This document shows positions 39,865 through 50,987 of a DNA stretch of 64,000 nt, piece by piece. The DNA lies in contig CAWHBU010000003.1 in assembly GCA_963827685.1 (NCBI GenBank), positions 1,152,001-1,216,000 on the forward strand, read 5' to 3'. The notes beneath the pieces were generated by a model. It saw only the letters and a program-made list of their open reading frames with translations. It did not search any database and had not been told where the DNA came from. The position numbers and the translations under genes are program-made. The stretch's first letter is position 1; each line of letters opens with the position of its first letter. The stretch comes from an uncultured delta proteobacterium (GTDB lineage Bacteria > Desulfobacterota > BSN033 > UBA1163).

Positions 39865-40053
39865 TTATCCTTCCATCTGGATGGCCTCTACCGGACAATT
39901 TTCAGCAGCCTCTTTACAGGACTCCAGTACCTCTTCGGGAACCTCATCCACTTTGATACGAGCCTTATCATCATTCATTTCGAAAACTTCTGGGCAAGTC
40001 TCTGCACAAAGCCCACACCCAATACAGGTTTCCTCGTCCACGATCGCTCTCAT
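39865..40053 (-). CDS. ferredoxin (single cluster)
   Basis: CIGCGLC..CPEVF...CPVEAI. Confidence 0.93.
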   Translation of the reverse strand: MRAIVDEETCIGCGLCAETCPEVFEMNDDKARIKVDEVPEEVLESCKEAAENCPVEAIQMEG

Positions 40054-40618
40054 TGACTATTCTCCTTTCCATTTCCCTCTTTTGATTTATTATTCATAAT
40101 CACTTTTCTTAAATCAAGTCGCCTCTTCTAAATTTCTAAAATCTTATATTCGGCTCTGTCACGATAACCCTTCCGTCGTTCACTTCAGGAACGAGTCTGA
40201 GCGCTGATGGTGGGTACTCTATAACCCCGGTTAAAAATTCAGTCAAATGTATCTGAACGAGTTCATGGATTCTTCATTCGAAAAATGCAATCCCCCGCCA
40301 CCTGTTCATGTTGGGCATGCTGGTGTCCGAAGCCATCTCCTCTTTTCTCTCTTTGAAAATGGTAAAGAAAGAGCTCTGGGATAATAGGAAATCAGGTCAG
40401 AAACAATAATCATGTCTGGCCCAAAGTTCCTGACCCCAAATTCTCACAAAAGCCTCTTTGAGGATTCTCAAAGTCCTGGTTGTGGATGAGGAAAGATTAC
40501 ACTTTAAGATTACATCTGGAGATGAGGGTAGAAATCATGTATCCGAATTGATTAAGCTCGTCGAAGCATGGGCTCCCCTCACTCACCAAAACTCTTCGAG
40601 AGCGATCTCCCTCATTTC

Positions 40619-42082
40619 CTACTTCAGGTCAAGGAGCAGCCGCTGGAATTCTCCAGATTCCGAAAGGATGCGGTGGGCGGCATCCCGTGTTTTGTCCACC
40701 TCCTCAAGAGACAGATTAAGGGCGGTCGGTAACCTCTTAAAGTGCCTTCGCTCCGTTTCATCCTTCAACGCATCAAACTTCACTTCAACGATGTAAAACT
40801 GAATATCACCACAGGAACCCGGTGAGGTAGAAACCGCTCCTCCTTTGCATCTCTCAGTCCTTATCTCATCCGCCCACGAACCGACGCTTTCTTTCAAGAG
40901 GGCTATGGTTTCTTTGTTGTACCGGTCGATCGCGATCGAGGAGTAAGAAGCAAGCATGACGCCGAAAGTGGGAATCTTTTCTGTCTTGTCCCACTTGGGA
41001 TCGGGTTCTGTTTCAGCGTTCACCACGATGAAGACCACTTTGCGGACCTTTTCCATCGGCGTCCCTTTCATCGTTCCCCAGACGCTCCCTCTGACGATGA
41101 CCCTGTCAAGAACGGCCTTCAGACCTAGATTATCCCCCACCCCGCCATCGACAAGATGAATATATGGCTTCTTTTCAGGATCTAAAAATGGGGCGATGTC
41201 ATTGAGCAGATAAAACTGCCGCTCTAAGATGTCACGGCCTTCTAAGACTTTCTCGAATCCCTCCGGTGTCTTAAAACCGCAGGTCCCAGCGTAGTTCCGC
41301 AAGGTGATGGGGGTGAGCGCCATAGGAATTGCTGATGAGGCGGCGGCAGCCCTTGCCACGGAGAAAGGAGAGAGGTCTGAACAGATCAGATCAAAAGCCT
41401 CTTGAGTAAACCCTACCCTGGTCCCATGCGTCATGTCCGTGGCGTTCATGATGATGAAGGGGCCTTTTCGGGCTGCGATATCACCAAAGGTACCCCCTTC
41501 GAAAATATGATTGTCATAATATTCAGCAGCCAGATCACTCCGAGCGAAGGTCGGCGACAAAAACCGCACCCAATTGGCAACATTGAACAGAGCTCTTAAG
41601 ATAAGACCTCTTTGAATGTTCTTCTTCAAGAACTTGCTTTCAAAATCCTCAAAGATACGGTCTCCAAAGAGGCCGTAGTACCCTGCCGTGAAACTTCCTC
41701 CGGAGACACTCGATATTACATCCACCTCATCCAGAAGCCGCCGCCTTCTTCCGTCAAGAACGATTTCAGTCTTTCGCAATTCCTCGAGAACGCCATAGGA
41801 AAGTGCAGCCGCCCGCATCCCTCCACCTGAAAAAGTGAGGTACAGAAGCAGACTGTCTGAATTGTCAGGAGTTTTCATGGTGGCTGCTCTGTAACCTGCA
41901 TCAAGGCGAACCTCTTTAATCGGCTGATTGACCGGATAGTGAGCACAACCAACAGTAAAAGAGACAGCCAGCAGGAGCACATCCATGAGGATTCTCTTCT
42001 TGTTTAACCTAAATACTTTCCTGTTCTTGTTTTTCAATTCTTGCCTCCATTTTTTTAATCGCCTCATGATTATCCACTCCAT
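40619..42082 (-). CDS. patatin-like phospholipase (probable lipoprotein)
   Basis: FSGGGMRAA, SVSGGS, DGG motifs; true start may lie downstream. Confidence 0.88.
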   Translation of the reverse strand: MEWIIMRRLKKWRQELKNKNRKVFRLNKKRILMDVLLLAVSFTVGCAHYPVNQPIKEVRLDAGYRAATMKTPDNSDSLLLYLTFSGGGMRAAALSYGVLEELRKTEIVLDGRRRRLLDEVDVISSVSGGSFTAGYYGLFGDRIFEDFESKFLKKNIQRGLILRALFNVANWVRFLSPTFARSDLAAEYYDNHIFEGGTFGDIAARKGPFIIMNATDMTHGTRVGFTQEAFDLICSDLSPFSVARAAAASSAIPMALTPITLRNYAGTCGFKTPEGFEKVLEGRDILERQFYLLNDIAPFLDPEKKPYIHLVDGGVGDNLGLKAVLDRVIVRGSVWGTMKGTPMEKVRKVVFIVVNAETEPDPKWDKTEKIPTFGVMLASYSSIAIDRYNKETIALLKESVGSWADEIRTERCKGGAVSTSPGSCGDIQFYIVEVKFDALKDETERRHFKRLPTALNLSLEEVDKTRDAAHRILSESGEFQRLLLDLK

Positions 42083-42513
42083 CTTCTTCCAGGTTTTGTC
42101 TGGGGTTTTGTAACGGATTTCTATATTCTTACCATTTATTTGATGGTGGGGTAAAGTGGGTTATGAACAGTTAACGGATTCACTGAATCGTCGGAGACGC
42201 CGAAAGCAACACAGCTTGCCAAAACCTGCTTCTCCCCAAAACTTGCTATATGGAAGACATATCGAATCGGAACTTGGGATCGACGTGATGACCATCTTGG
42301 AGTGTGTCTGCGGGGAAGGGAGACACGTGCAATTTGTGGACTAACGATTGTAAGAGTGTATGTTTCTTGAAACTGTTCGTTTCTCGATTACAGGAAGTAG
42401 TCTTCAGAAAAGCGGTTACGTATAGCATCTACAAGTCTTCACTCCAGACCAAACGGAAGAATTAAGGATTATTGCTAGAAATGTGCATAAGAAAAGGCAG
42501 AGTCATTGTGTTT

Positions 42514-42967
42514 TTATTCGGTCACTAAATGAAAATGTAAATATGTAACATCCTGAGAACCTGGGCCGTTTGTGTAGAAGCGATACTTCGATAACTTCTC
42601 TTGCTCAATAATTCACCTCACAACAAAAAAAGCATCAGTCAAATATTGTGTCGGCTTCAGAAATCTCTCCAATATTCTTGATGTCTCTCCTTGGAATGAT
42701 AACGTAATGAATTCGTTCCAGGGAAAATGGACGTTTAATAACGACCGTTTTGTCGGTTTCAAAAACCACGAAAGGCATTAGATTAGGAAATTTTCGAATT
42801 CCAACGGAGGCAATCAGGCCCAGTAGATCTTCATGAGTCAAACAATTCTGGCAACGATTTATTGCCAAAAAAGACCTGGGTTGTGACTGAGAAAACAAAT
42901 AGCCACCAATCAAAATCCCCACGCATATAGAAATTAGAACTAAAAGGATAATTTTGAATTTTTTCAT
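42514..42967 (-). pseudogene. HIT-family protein, frameshifted with internal stop
   Basis: After the track ORF another frame continues YLTDAFFVVR*IIEQEKLSKYRFYTNGPGSQDVTYLHFHL. Confidence 0.75.
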
Positions 42968-43233
42968 CGTTCGTCTTCACCTGAAAAGCTGCGTGATACA
43001 AACATCATACTCCTTATATTAACATCATTTCCAATATGCCAAGAATTTGGAAATTAATTAAAGTGTTTGAGACTTTAACAAAAATTCCTTGCTAATCCCA
43101 AAGAAATAAAAAGACAGGGCCATTTCTGACCTTGCCATCGCTTTTTGAAAATCGAATAGAAAATGATTTATTTTGTTGGGCTGCTGAATAGGAAGGGTTG
43201 AATTAAGAAATATTTTCGTTCATACAACCCACA

Positions 43234-43929
43234 CTATTTTTTCTTCCTTATATCCATACCTTTCCATCTCCCTGCCGTTTTCATGAATCGGTCCCGATAG
43301 AAGTAGGCGAGCAATAGAATGATACCTATGATTCCCAGAATGACGAGAACCACCGCGCCCTGATAGTTCCTCACACAACTTCCGCTTACTGAAAGTAAAA
43401 TGGTTCCAAGTAACCTGCCGACAGTAGAAACGACAATAAAGGTCCAAATATTCATCTGGCTAAGACCTACGATGTAACAAAGCGCAGCTTTGGGAAAACC
43501 GGGAATTAGAAAAAGGATAAAGGAAACGAGAGGACCCCGTAGTGCCATAAAGTGATCGTATTTTTGCATAACCGAAGCCTTCGCAACTCTCCTTACAAGC
43601 GGCAGGCCGTATACTCTGGCGAGAATAAAGGCTAACCATGAGCCAATGCTGAGGCCGATGGTAGAATAAATGGTACCTAAGACAGGACCGTAGAGATAAC
43701 CGCCGATGACTCCGGTTAATTCGGCGGGTATTGCCCCTGCGATTAGCACCTGGAAAATCTGCAAGGCGATGAAAACAAAATCGTCGTAAGGATGGAAGGA
43801 GTTAATGAACTCGATCACCTTGTTCTGGTAATTCAAGAAGAAATAGACGTTGTAGTGAATAAAAAGGTAGGTTCCAAGGATAATAAAAAAGACTAAAAAA
43901 ATGCCCTTGAGGAAGTAACTGATCTTCAT
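43234..43929 (-). CDS. TVP38/TMEM64 (DedA-like) membrane protein
   Basis: IPAEL...GGYLYG, FLIPGFPK..LCY..GL. Confidence 0.85.
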   Translation of the reverse strand: MKISYFLKGIFLVFFIILGTYLFIHYNVYFFLNYQNKVIEFINSFHPYDDFVFIALQIFQVLIAGAIPAELTGVIGGYLYGPVLGTIYSTIGLSIGSWLAFILARVYGLPLVRRVAKASVMQKYDHFMALRGPLVSFILFLIPGFPKAALCYIVGLSQMNIWTFIVVSTVGRLLGTILLSVSGSCVRNYQGAVVLVILGIIGIILLLAYFYRDRFMKTAGRWKGMDIRKKK

Positions 43930-44234
43930 ATCAATTTGGGATTTTCATCTGAAGCTCATTCCTAAAGTTCGATTATACTGCAAAAATCAAATGATCTTCG
44001 CTGACCCAAAAGAATACAGAAAGAGCTTTAGTTTTTTGCTGTCTATTTTATTAACGCCCCAATGCGTTTGGCTACAAAATGGTAGGACGAAAATTGAAAG
44101 AAGTAATCCAGGATTATTTCATCAAAGATAAAGGCAACTACTCCTCCCAAAAGGCAGATAATTCCCTTTTCAATTCTAATTGATGTGATGCTTTCAACAA
44201 AGTAAGATTCATTCAGGCATTTGCACCATATTAA

Positions 44235-44642
44235 TTAAGACACCTGTTCTTGGGTGGAACCTCTTTTCCCTGCTATCCCTACTGCTTTTGGCTCCCCTAT
44301 TTCATTTGTACCTCCCTTTCCTTCACCTTGAAAGGGTGTTAATCCCTCTACGGAAGCAAGCGAGGTATTTGAATCCCCCATCTGCGACTGTTCCGTCCCT
44401 TCTTTGGGTTTCATGGAAGCAGATACCTTTTCAGCTAAATCGGTAAAAAGGTCCATCCCGGTTAAGTTGCTTCTCATCTCTTCTAAATCTTTAATTCCAA
44501 TACTTTCCTTTATCTCTTCAGTCGTTTTCTTAAACTCTCCCAGTGCCCTTCCAATAGTCTTGGCTAATTCTGGGAGTTTTTTAGGCCCAAAAACAATCAA
44601 GGCAATCACCAGGATCACCAACAAGTCCGGCCCTGCAAGCAT
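44235..44642 (-). CDS. TatA/TatB-family subunit
   Basis: [19 protein letters not shown]; AGGAGG RBS before ATG 44642. Confidence 0.85.
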   Translation of the reverse strand: MLAGPDLLVILVIALIVFGPKKLPELAKTIGRALGEFKKTTEEIKESIGIKDLEEMRSNLTGMDLFTDLAEKVSASMKPKEGTEQSQMGDSNTSLASVEGLTPFQGEGKGGTNEIGEPKAVGIAGKRGSTQEQVS

Positions 44643-44705
44643 AAAACCTCCTTTCTGAAATTTCCAAGAGTAACAATTCAAATCACGAAGGATATAAAAA
44701 ACCTT

Positions 44706-44900
44706 CTACTGTTTACCCTCTCCTGAAATCTCCTCAGGTTTTTTGGGGGGCACATCGATCTTTTCTCTCTCGGTCGCACCTTTGAAGTTTCGGATCGCTT
44801 TCCCCAGGTTTTCACCAATCTGAGGGAGCTTGCCTGCACCGAAAACGATCAAGGCAATAACCAAGATGACCATCAACTCCGGCATTCCAACACTTCCCAT
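44706..44900 (-). CDS. tatA: twin-arginine translocase TatA
   Basis: [31 protein letters not shown]. Confidence 0.92.
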   Translation of the reverse strand: MGSVGMPELMVILVIALIVFGAGKLPQIGENLGKAIRNFKGATEREKIDVPPKKPEEISGEGKQ

Positions 44901-45003
44901 TTTTCTCCTCCTTTAAAGAGACTATGTAATGCTTTCATACGATAACCTGTGAAATTATTTTACAGATGAGTGTGACGGGTTCTTGGAAACCCTTAAGGCA
45001 CGG

Positions 45004-45417
45004 TTATCTTGCTCCACTAAAAACAGTGATTTGAGAGCTTATCACATTGGTCCGTTGCGTCTCCCCGTCACGTAAATATTCAGCATAACATTCCATTGTA
45101 TATTGCCCAGGGTCAGCAGGAGGAAGCTGTATGATGAAGTTTCCTGGGGATCCATACTTTAAATACCTTGCCTTAAAACAGTACGGACCACCACCTGACC
45201 AGGAGCAACAAGCCTTACTAATCTCCGGTTTACCGTCTGCTCTAAAAATAATAATAAGATCATACGGAAACCCTCCTGTGATTTGGCTTGGAACCTGCAT
45301 ACTTAATAACCTCAGTTCCCCTGGAGCAAGAGGTTCGGTTGGCACTGTGGCACAGGAAAAAACTAACAACATAATGACTACACCCATCAGAACAGCTATT
45401 AAGGATTTCACAACCAC
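45004..45417 (-). CDS. hypothetical lipoprotein (paralog of 50446-50874)
   Basis: LVFSC lipobox; shared ECYAEY.R.GET..TNV. Confidence 0.7.
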   Translation of the reverse strand: MVVKSLIAVLMGVVIMLLVFSCATVPTEPLAPGELRLLSMQVPSQITGGFPYDLIIIFRADGKPEISKACCSWSGGGPYCFKARYLKYGSPGNFIIQLPPADPGQYTMECYAEYLRDGETQRTNVISSQITVFSGAR

Positions 45418-45875
45418 AAACCTCCTTCCTATTATATCCCTTTCTTTTCAATTCCTCCACTTTTTTTATATCGTGTTATACAGCAAATGTGACCAATTTC
45501 TTTGCCTTGTAAATCTAAGAGAAGTTTTACTAACCAAAGATTAAACGGCCATTACCGATTTAAATCCTTATTCTAAAACGTATGACTTGTCAGTTAAAGT
45601 CCGACCGTGGGAGTTCGGCAGTTCGCGCACGGTCTAAGATGCCCAGTGCAAGAACGAAATCGTCTAACTGATTAAAGGCCTGTGTGTAGAGAGCAAAATA
45701 CCCAGTGAATTGTTTCTCCATCCCCTTTTTCAAATAGACAAAAGTCGGCTTGTAATAACTTTCTCCCGGTTGTTCAATGCAACAGACGACCCGATACATA
45801 TTGCCTTCCGGATCAATGACAGAGAGATAAATCTTCCAGGTGTCTCCTTGTCGTATTTTTTCCGGTGCATAGGCC
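45330..45875. repeat. ~0.5 kb segment duplicated at ~50787-51300
   Basis: Near-identical intergenic region and flanking gene ends. Confidence 0.9.
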
Positions 45876-46000
45876 AAGTTGACGATAAATTCTCCTTTTG
45901 TTTGGGCATGGCTATTCGTCATTAAGCCAATCAAAATGAGAAAGAGGCTTAGAACAAGAAAGAATTTCATAAACAATTTCATCACTAAACCCTCCTTCAC
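45590..46000 (-). CDS. hypothetical exported protein (paralog of 50988-51419)
   Basis: Signal peptide; YAPEKIRQGDTWKIYLSV.DPE. Confidence 0.6.
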   Translation of the reverse strand: MKEGLVMKLFMKFFLVLSLFLILIGLMTNSHAQTKGEFIVNLAYAPEKIRQGDTWKIYLSVIDPEGNMYRVVCCIEQPGESYYKPTFVYLKKGMEKQFTGYFALYTQAFNQLDDFVLALGILDRARTAELPRSDFN

Positions 46001-46217
46001 TCATTTCGTTTTTGATGCTAACCTCCTGCTGTCAAAAATGGATCAGCAGGTACACTCCATCCAAGGACCTAACAACCTAATTTTTTCTCAAGTCTAGCGG
46101 AAATGAAGAGCCTCCTCAAACTGACAATCCCCATAACTATACAAAAAATCTTGTTTAGTTTTCTCCAATTGTCAAGAGAAAAAGTCTTTGTAAAAACCTC
46201 TTCCACCACATTTTCAG

Positions 46218-46503
46218 ATCAGCATGGCTCGTAGGGGAACCCCTATGATAATGCCTTTGCTGAAAGTTTTATTAAGACCCTCAAGAGTGAAGAAATCAAT
46301 CTTTCGGAATATCGGACTCTTGAGGACGTTTACCAACGACTTCCCTTTTTCATTGAAGAAGTGTATAACAAGAAGCGATTGCACTCTTCGCTGGGATATT
46401 TACCCCCAGATGAATTTGAAGCCATGGCCCTACAAACTAATAACCCTTTGCACCCCTGTCTATCACTCTAACTCAAACTGTCCAATCCCAGGGGTTCAGT
46501 CCA
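46218..46503 (+). mobile_element. IS3-family remnant (integrase C-terminus + right end)
   Basis: Frame reads [19 protein letters not shown]...[19 protein letters not shown]; terminal ...tgtccaatcccaggggttcagtcca. Confidence 0.88.
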
Positions 46504-46615
46504 CTGCATATGAGCCAATAGGTTGGCGGCTTCTAAAGAGATATCAAATATTAAGAAATATATTAAAATACTTTAGAACTAACGTTCCCTTCAATCTACA
46601 TTTCTTAGATTGGAA

Positions 46616-47254
46616 CTAGGCCGGTCTCATAAAGAACAAGGCAATGTTTCCCCCACTGACGATTTCCTTTTTTTCTAACACCAACTTCGAAGCATCTATC
46701 AATCCGGGTAATCCTTTCCTTTTAAGAAAATCACGATAATTTTTGAAATGCTCGCACCCCGCTACCATCTCGAAAAAAAGAATAATGGCCTTAAACATCC
46801 ACCCCATTGGAAAGCGAATTGGCCCAGGGTGATAATCCGTTAACAAAATCCTTCCCTCTCGACTCATGACTCGAATCATTTCTTTCATAACTTGTGGTCT
46901 TATCATGTATGGCATCTCATGCAAAGTAAGCATTGAGGTAACGAGATCAAAGGAATTATCTCGATAGGGCATCTCTGATGCGTCTCCGACACGAAGATCA
47001 GCGTGTTTCCCCAATTTGTTGCGTGCGACTTCCAACATGGAGGGGGATAAATCAATCCCATGGACAAGGCATCCAGCCTGATGGTAAAGCACTAAATTCG
47101 TACCGGTTCCACACCCAACGTCCAGCACCTTCATTCCCGCCTTGACAGGAAAACTCTTTATTCCTGTCTGCCTTATGACAGAAGTGAGGGGCTCCACAAA
47201 GGTGTCATATTTTGATGCATATCTTCGACAGGGATCATTGACCATCTTTAGCAC
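46616..47254 (-). CDS. class I SAM-dependent methyltransferase
   Basis: VLDVGCGTG, GIDLSPSML, GDA..MPY..NSFD. Confidence 0.9.
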   Translation of the reverse strand: MLKMVNDPCRRYASKYDTFVEPLTSVIRQTGIKSFPVKAGMKVLDVGCGTGTNLVLYHQAGCLVHGIDLSPSMLEVARNKLGKHADLRVGDASEMPYRDNSFDLVTSMLTLHEMPYMIRPQVMKEMIRVMSREGRILLTDYHPGPIRFPMGWMFKAIILFFEMVAGCEHFKNYRDFLKRKGLPGLIDASKLVLEKKEIVSGGNIALFFMRPA

Positions 47255-47550
47255 CCATGTTCATTGCCACTTTTCAACAAGCAAAGGGAAGTTTTTTCTT
47301 TTTTTAAGATAATGCTGCCCGAATGATTCCCGCCGAAAAAGGCTTCCGGTGTGCTGGATAGATCATTTTGGCCCCCTGGTCTGTCAGTTTCATCAAGAAA
47401 AATGCCTGTGGGCTTTCACTGTAATAATATCAATAATGACTCTGGCTCTGCTAGCGGCAAGCTTAAGCCTTCGCTGAAGGCAGAGCTAAACCATTCGGCT
47501 CCTCTATCGGAAGAATTGCCTCCCGTCGATCCGCCCATTTCCGCCATCAC

Positions 47551-48231
47551 CTAATCGATTTGGAAGAAACTATCTGACACACCGGTATTAATTCTTGGGT
47601 TTTGACAGCTTATGGTTCTTTCCAATTGCCCGTCGGGCGTTGACTCTTCCACCTTTACTGGAAGCCAAAGGTTCTTATCAATGAAGAACTGGTACAGCGT
47701 TACGATACCCTCGCGAAAATGGTTAACCGCTAACACCCGGATTCGAATATACCCGTCCTGCTCAATCTGTACCAGCCCTCGGCGCTGATCTGTAAGACTG
47801 TGAGAGATATTCTTGATCAGGAGCCCCACGTCAGTCTGGTCTATCCGCCGTCCCGAAGCTCCCATTATTAGAGAATTTCCAGACGACAGATGAAAGTGAA
47901 AAATATGAGCCCATCCTCCCGGACGTATACTTACCTTTCCGCTCTTGTCAGGGTAGACCAAGATCATGTCAGAATGTGGTGATTCAAGATCGAGGCGGAT
48001 CCATTTAGGTTTCTTAAAGGTGTATAGGAACTTCTGCGTTTCGAATGAACCCCCCGTTTTGTAGGTTCTGACCTCTACATTTGTTTGGTAGTCTTTTACC
48101 AGGGCATAGGCTGATACCATCTTCTTCAAGATGGTATCGGCATCCGATGGAATCTCAGCGGACGCATTGGAAAGTATAAGGCATGAAAAAAGAACAATCG
48201 TTAGTGCATGGTGAGATAATGAGAAAGACAT
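47551..48231 (-). CDS. LolA-like exported protein
   Basis: Signal peptide, FKKPKWIRL, FFIDKNLWLP; start placed at MSFSL. Confidence 0.6.
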   Translation of the reverse strand: MSFSLSHHALTIVLFSCLILSNASAEIPSDADTILKKMVSAYALVKDYQTNVEVRTYKTGGSFETQKFLYTFKKPKWIRLDLESPHSDMILVYPDKSGKVSIRPGGWAHIFHFHLSSGNSLIMGASGRRIDQTDVGLLIKNISHSLTDQRRGLVQIEQDGYIRIRVLAVNHFREGIVTLYQFFIDKNLWLPVKVEESTPDGQLERTISCQNPRINTGVSDSFFQID

Positions 48232-48727
48232 ATGGTCAATTCCCCTAGAACCAGTATAACCATTTTCCATTAGAATTTGATGCCCAGGCAGTGAAGTCTC
48301 CTGCCTCCGAAATGCAAAAAGAGTTAAAGCACCGTTGTTTGGCTATCTCTTTCATCAACCTCTTCAAAAGACGAGCTTTCTTCTATAGCTTTCTTTATGA
48401 TCTGCTCTCGTATAACATTTTTACAGCCGAAAAGAACTAATGTCGTCAATAAACCAGCAAGGCAATTTCTCTTTTTCAGATGCATCTTTAACCTCTCACT
48501 TCTTAGTTTTTGTGCCTTCGGAGGAGCAGACCCGCTTACCGTGTTAGCGCCAGAAAAAAGGCCATCATATGGCAATCACCCTTTCGATCTCAGGCAATTG
48601 CGGTGCAAATTCGCTCACTTGTTCAAATTCTCCACCCTGCAAATCACTCCCCTTTTCAAGTCGGATATGGTTTTGACCTTCTAAGGTTTCTCAGCGAAAA
48701 CTAAATCCCCGTTCTCTGCGGCAATAA

Positions 48728-50068
48728 TCAGAAAGAGAGGAGAGACTTAACCCAGTCCCGCTGCTGCCATAGGGCGCAGCCCCCCTTTGTTTCGGAAAGT
48801 CTATCATGATTCTCGCGGATGGTTTTTAAAAAACGCGATTGGAGTGCCTCTTTAAGCGGAATCTTTTCGAGGCTGGTATCCGAATAGGGGGCCACAGGGC
48901 ATGGCTCCAAATTCCCTTGCGCCGAAACATGAATAAACCCGCGCCCCGCGGAAAGACATCCTCCAAACTTTTCTTCGTCGCCCGGAAAAGCCACAAATAG
49001 GGCAGGTAGATTCTGTTCCCATCGGCAAATATGGGCCCAAAGGATTTTGCGCTGTATGTCTGTAAGTTCCATTAATGGGACGTTTTCTTCCAAAGGGACG
49101 TATTCCACGAAAAAGAAAAGTTTGCAGCCTGCTCGAATCCACGAACGAACAAACGATTCATCCACAACAGTTTCAAAATTCTGCCTTGTTGTCATAACCG
49201 AAATTCCAAAGAATATTTTGCGGTCAAAAAGTGTCTTGACCACTTTATCTAAACGGTCGAACACGCCTTGTCCGCGCCTGCTGTCGGTTTCTTCTTTTTG
49301 CCCTTCTATGCTTAACACAGGGATTACATTTCTTTGCCTGGAAATTCTATTGATTTGAGTATCATCCATCAGGGTACCGTTGGTAAAAAGCGGAAAAAGA
49401 ATTTCGGGAAAGTTTTCCGTAATCTGTAAGAGATTTTTGCGGAGCAGTGGTTCTCCTCCCGCAAGCAGAGCAATGGAAATGCCAACTTTATGCGCCTGCG
49501 TAAATAGATTATGAAGCATATCATCGCTCATCTCGGGACCTTTGGATTCTGGAAGGGTATGAGAATAACATCCCAGGCACCGGAGATTACATCCGCGGGT
49601 AACGCTTACAATCATAAAAGGAGGAATATGATACCCCTGCTTCGCAAGCTTTTTGCGTACCAGGTCCGCCTTTTTTTGCCTGCGCACAGTTTGCAAGGCA
49701 AATACGGCCATTTGGGGGTCCTCGAGCGCAATACGAACCGCGCTTTTAAAGAGAAGCGAAAGTGACCGGCTTAACTCGAAAGTGGTATTCTTATCCGAGG
49801 AGACAGCAGCTGCGGCAGTGATGGCAAAAAATGTTACCAGCAGAACCAATCCCAGCATCTCACCATTTTGATTATCTGCCTCGATATAGATTTTTAAGCC
49901 ATCTCCATATCTGCCCTTCTCCACAGTGTAAGCACGGGTAATCGCAGGGTTAGACATCCCCGGCTTAGGCTGTCTCGCGGTTGGCGTTTGTGTCCGCCCC
50001 GGGTCGACATTAAACAGGGTAAGCGCCAGGATCAGACTGAACAACCAAAATATCCTTCCCTTTTTCAT
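48728..50068 (-). CDS. radical SAM/SPASM-type protein with apparently chimeric N-terminus
   Basis: CNLRCLGC, GGEPLL, FTNGT, GGCLSAGRGFIHV...EPCP. Confidence 0.8.
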   Translation of the reverse strand: MKKGRIFWLFSLILALTLFNVDPGRTQTPTARQPKPGMSNPAITRAYTVEKGRYGDGLKIYIEADNQNGEMLGLVLLVTFFAITAAAAVSSDKNTTFELSRSLSLLFKSAVRIALEDPQMAVFALQTVRRQKKADLVRKKLAKQGYHIPPFMIVSVTRGCNLRCLGCYSHTLPESKGPEMSDDMLHNLFTQAHKVGISIALLAGGEPLLRKNLLQITENFPEILFPLFTNGTLMDDTQINRISRQRNVIPVLSIEGQKEETDSRRGQGVFDRLDKVVKTLFDRKIFFGISVMTTRQNFETVVDESFVRSWIRAGCKLFFFVEYVPLEENVPLMELTDIQRKILWAHICRWEQNLPALFVAFPGDEEKFGGCLSAGRGFIHVSAQGNLEPCPVAPYSDTSLEKIPLKEALQSRFLKTIRENHDRLSETKGGCALWQQRDWVKSLLSF

Positions 50069-50209
50069 CTGTCACACCTCCCCTTGATTCCCATTCATCC
50101 TCTTGGACATCTTGCTTGGCATTTGCCATTCCCATAGGCTGTTCTCCTATCTAAAGTAAGCTTTCGGTTTCGCCAGCCTATTTTAAGGATAACAGCCCTT
50201 TTTATGCAC

Positions 50210-50395
50210 GTGACAAAAGTCGGCTTGTAATAACTTTCTCCCGGTTGCTCAATGCGACAGGCGACCTGATGCATATTGCCTTCCGGATCAATGACAGGGA
50301 GATAAATCTTCCAGGTGTCTCCTTGTCGGATTTTTTCCGGTGCATTGGCGAAGTTGACGATAAGTTCTCCTTTTGTTTGAGCATAGCTATTCGTC
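50210..50395 (-). pseudogene. third, truncated copy of the exported-protein gene
   Basis: APEKIRQGDTWKIYL...ESYYKPTFV; 5' end cut next to an IS end. Confidence 0.7.
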
Positions 50396-50403
50396 AACTC
50401 AAA

Positions 50404-50439
50404 CTAACTCAAACTGTCCAATCCCAGGGGTTCAGTCCA
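50404..50439 (+). mobile_element. isolated IS3-type end
   Basis: 36 bp identical to 46468-46503. Confidence 0.85.
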
Positions 50440-50445
50440 ACCCGA

Positions 50446-50874
50446 TTAATGCCCTGACTGGGTGCCAGCTACGATTTGGGTAAATACTACATTAGTCTTT
50501 CTTGTCTCTCCGTTTCGAATATACTCAGCATAACATTCCACCCTATGTGAGCCAATGCTAACACCGGGAAGGTACACCTGGAAAGCTCTCTTCGTTCCTA
50601 AGGTTAAATACGAATAATCCGATACATCAAAACAGTATGGCTCCTGCCCTGATTCATAGAAACAGGCTCTTTTAATCTCTGGCTTACCAGCTGCCTCAAA
50701 AAAAATATTAACCGCAAAGGATGCATTCGCTTGGATACCATTTCCCAGAGCATCTATGCTTAATAATTTTACCTCACCTGAAGCGAGAGGCTCGGTTGGC
50801 ACTGTGGCACAGGAAAAAACTAATAACATAATGACTACACCCATCAGAACAGCTATTAAGGATTTCATAATCAC
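50446..50874 (-). CDS. hypothetical lipoprotein (paralog of 45004-45417)
   Basis: Same lipobox and N-terminus. Confidence 0.7.
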   Translation of the reverse strand: MIMKSLIAVLMGVVIMLLVFSCATVPTEPLASGEVKLLSIDALGNGIQANASFAVNIFFEAAGKPEIKRACFYESGQEPYCFDVSDYSYLTLGTKRAFQVYLPGVSIGSHRVECYAEYIRNGETRKTNVVFTQIVAGTQSGH

Positions 50875-50987
50875 AAACCTCCTTCCTATTTTTTTATATC
50901 GTGTTATACAGCAGATGTGACCAATTTCTTTGCCTTGTAAATCTAAGAGAAGTTTTACTAACCAAAGATTAAACGGCCATTACCGAT

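Noticed and set aside
46224-46619. 131-aa ORF as a real gene
   Set aside because: It is an off-frame reading of an IS3 integrase remnant.
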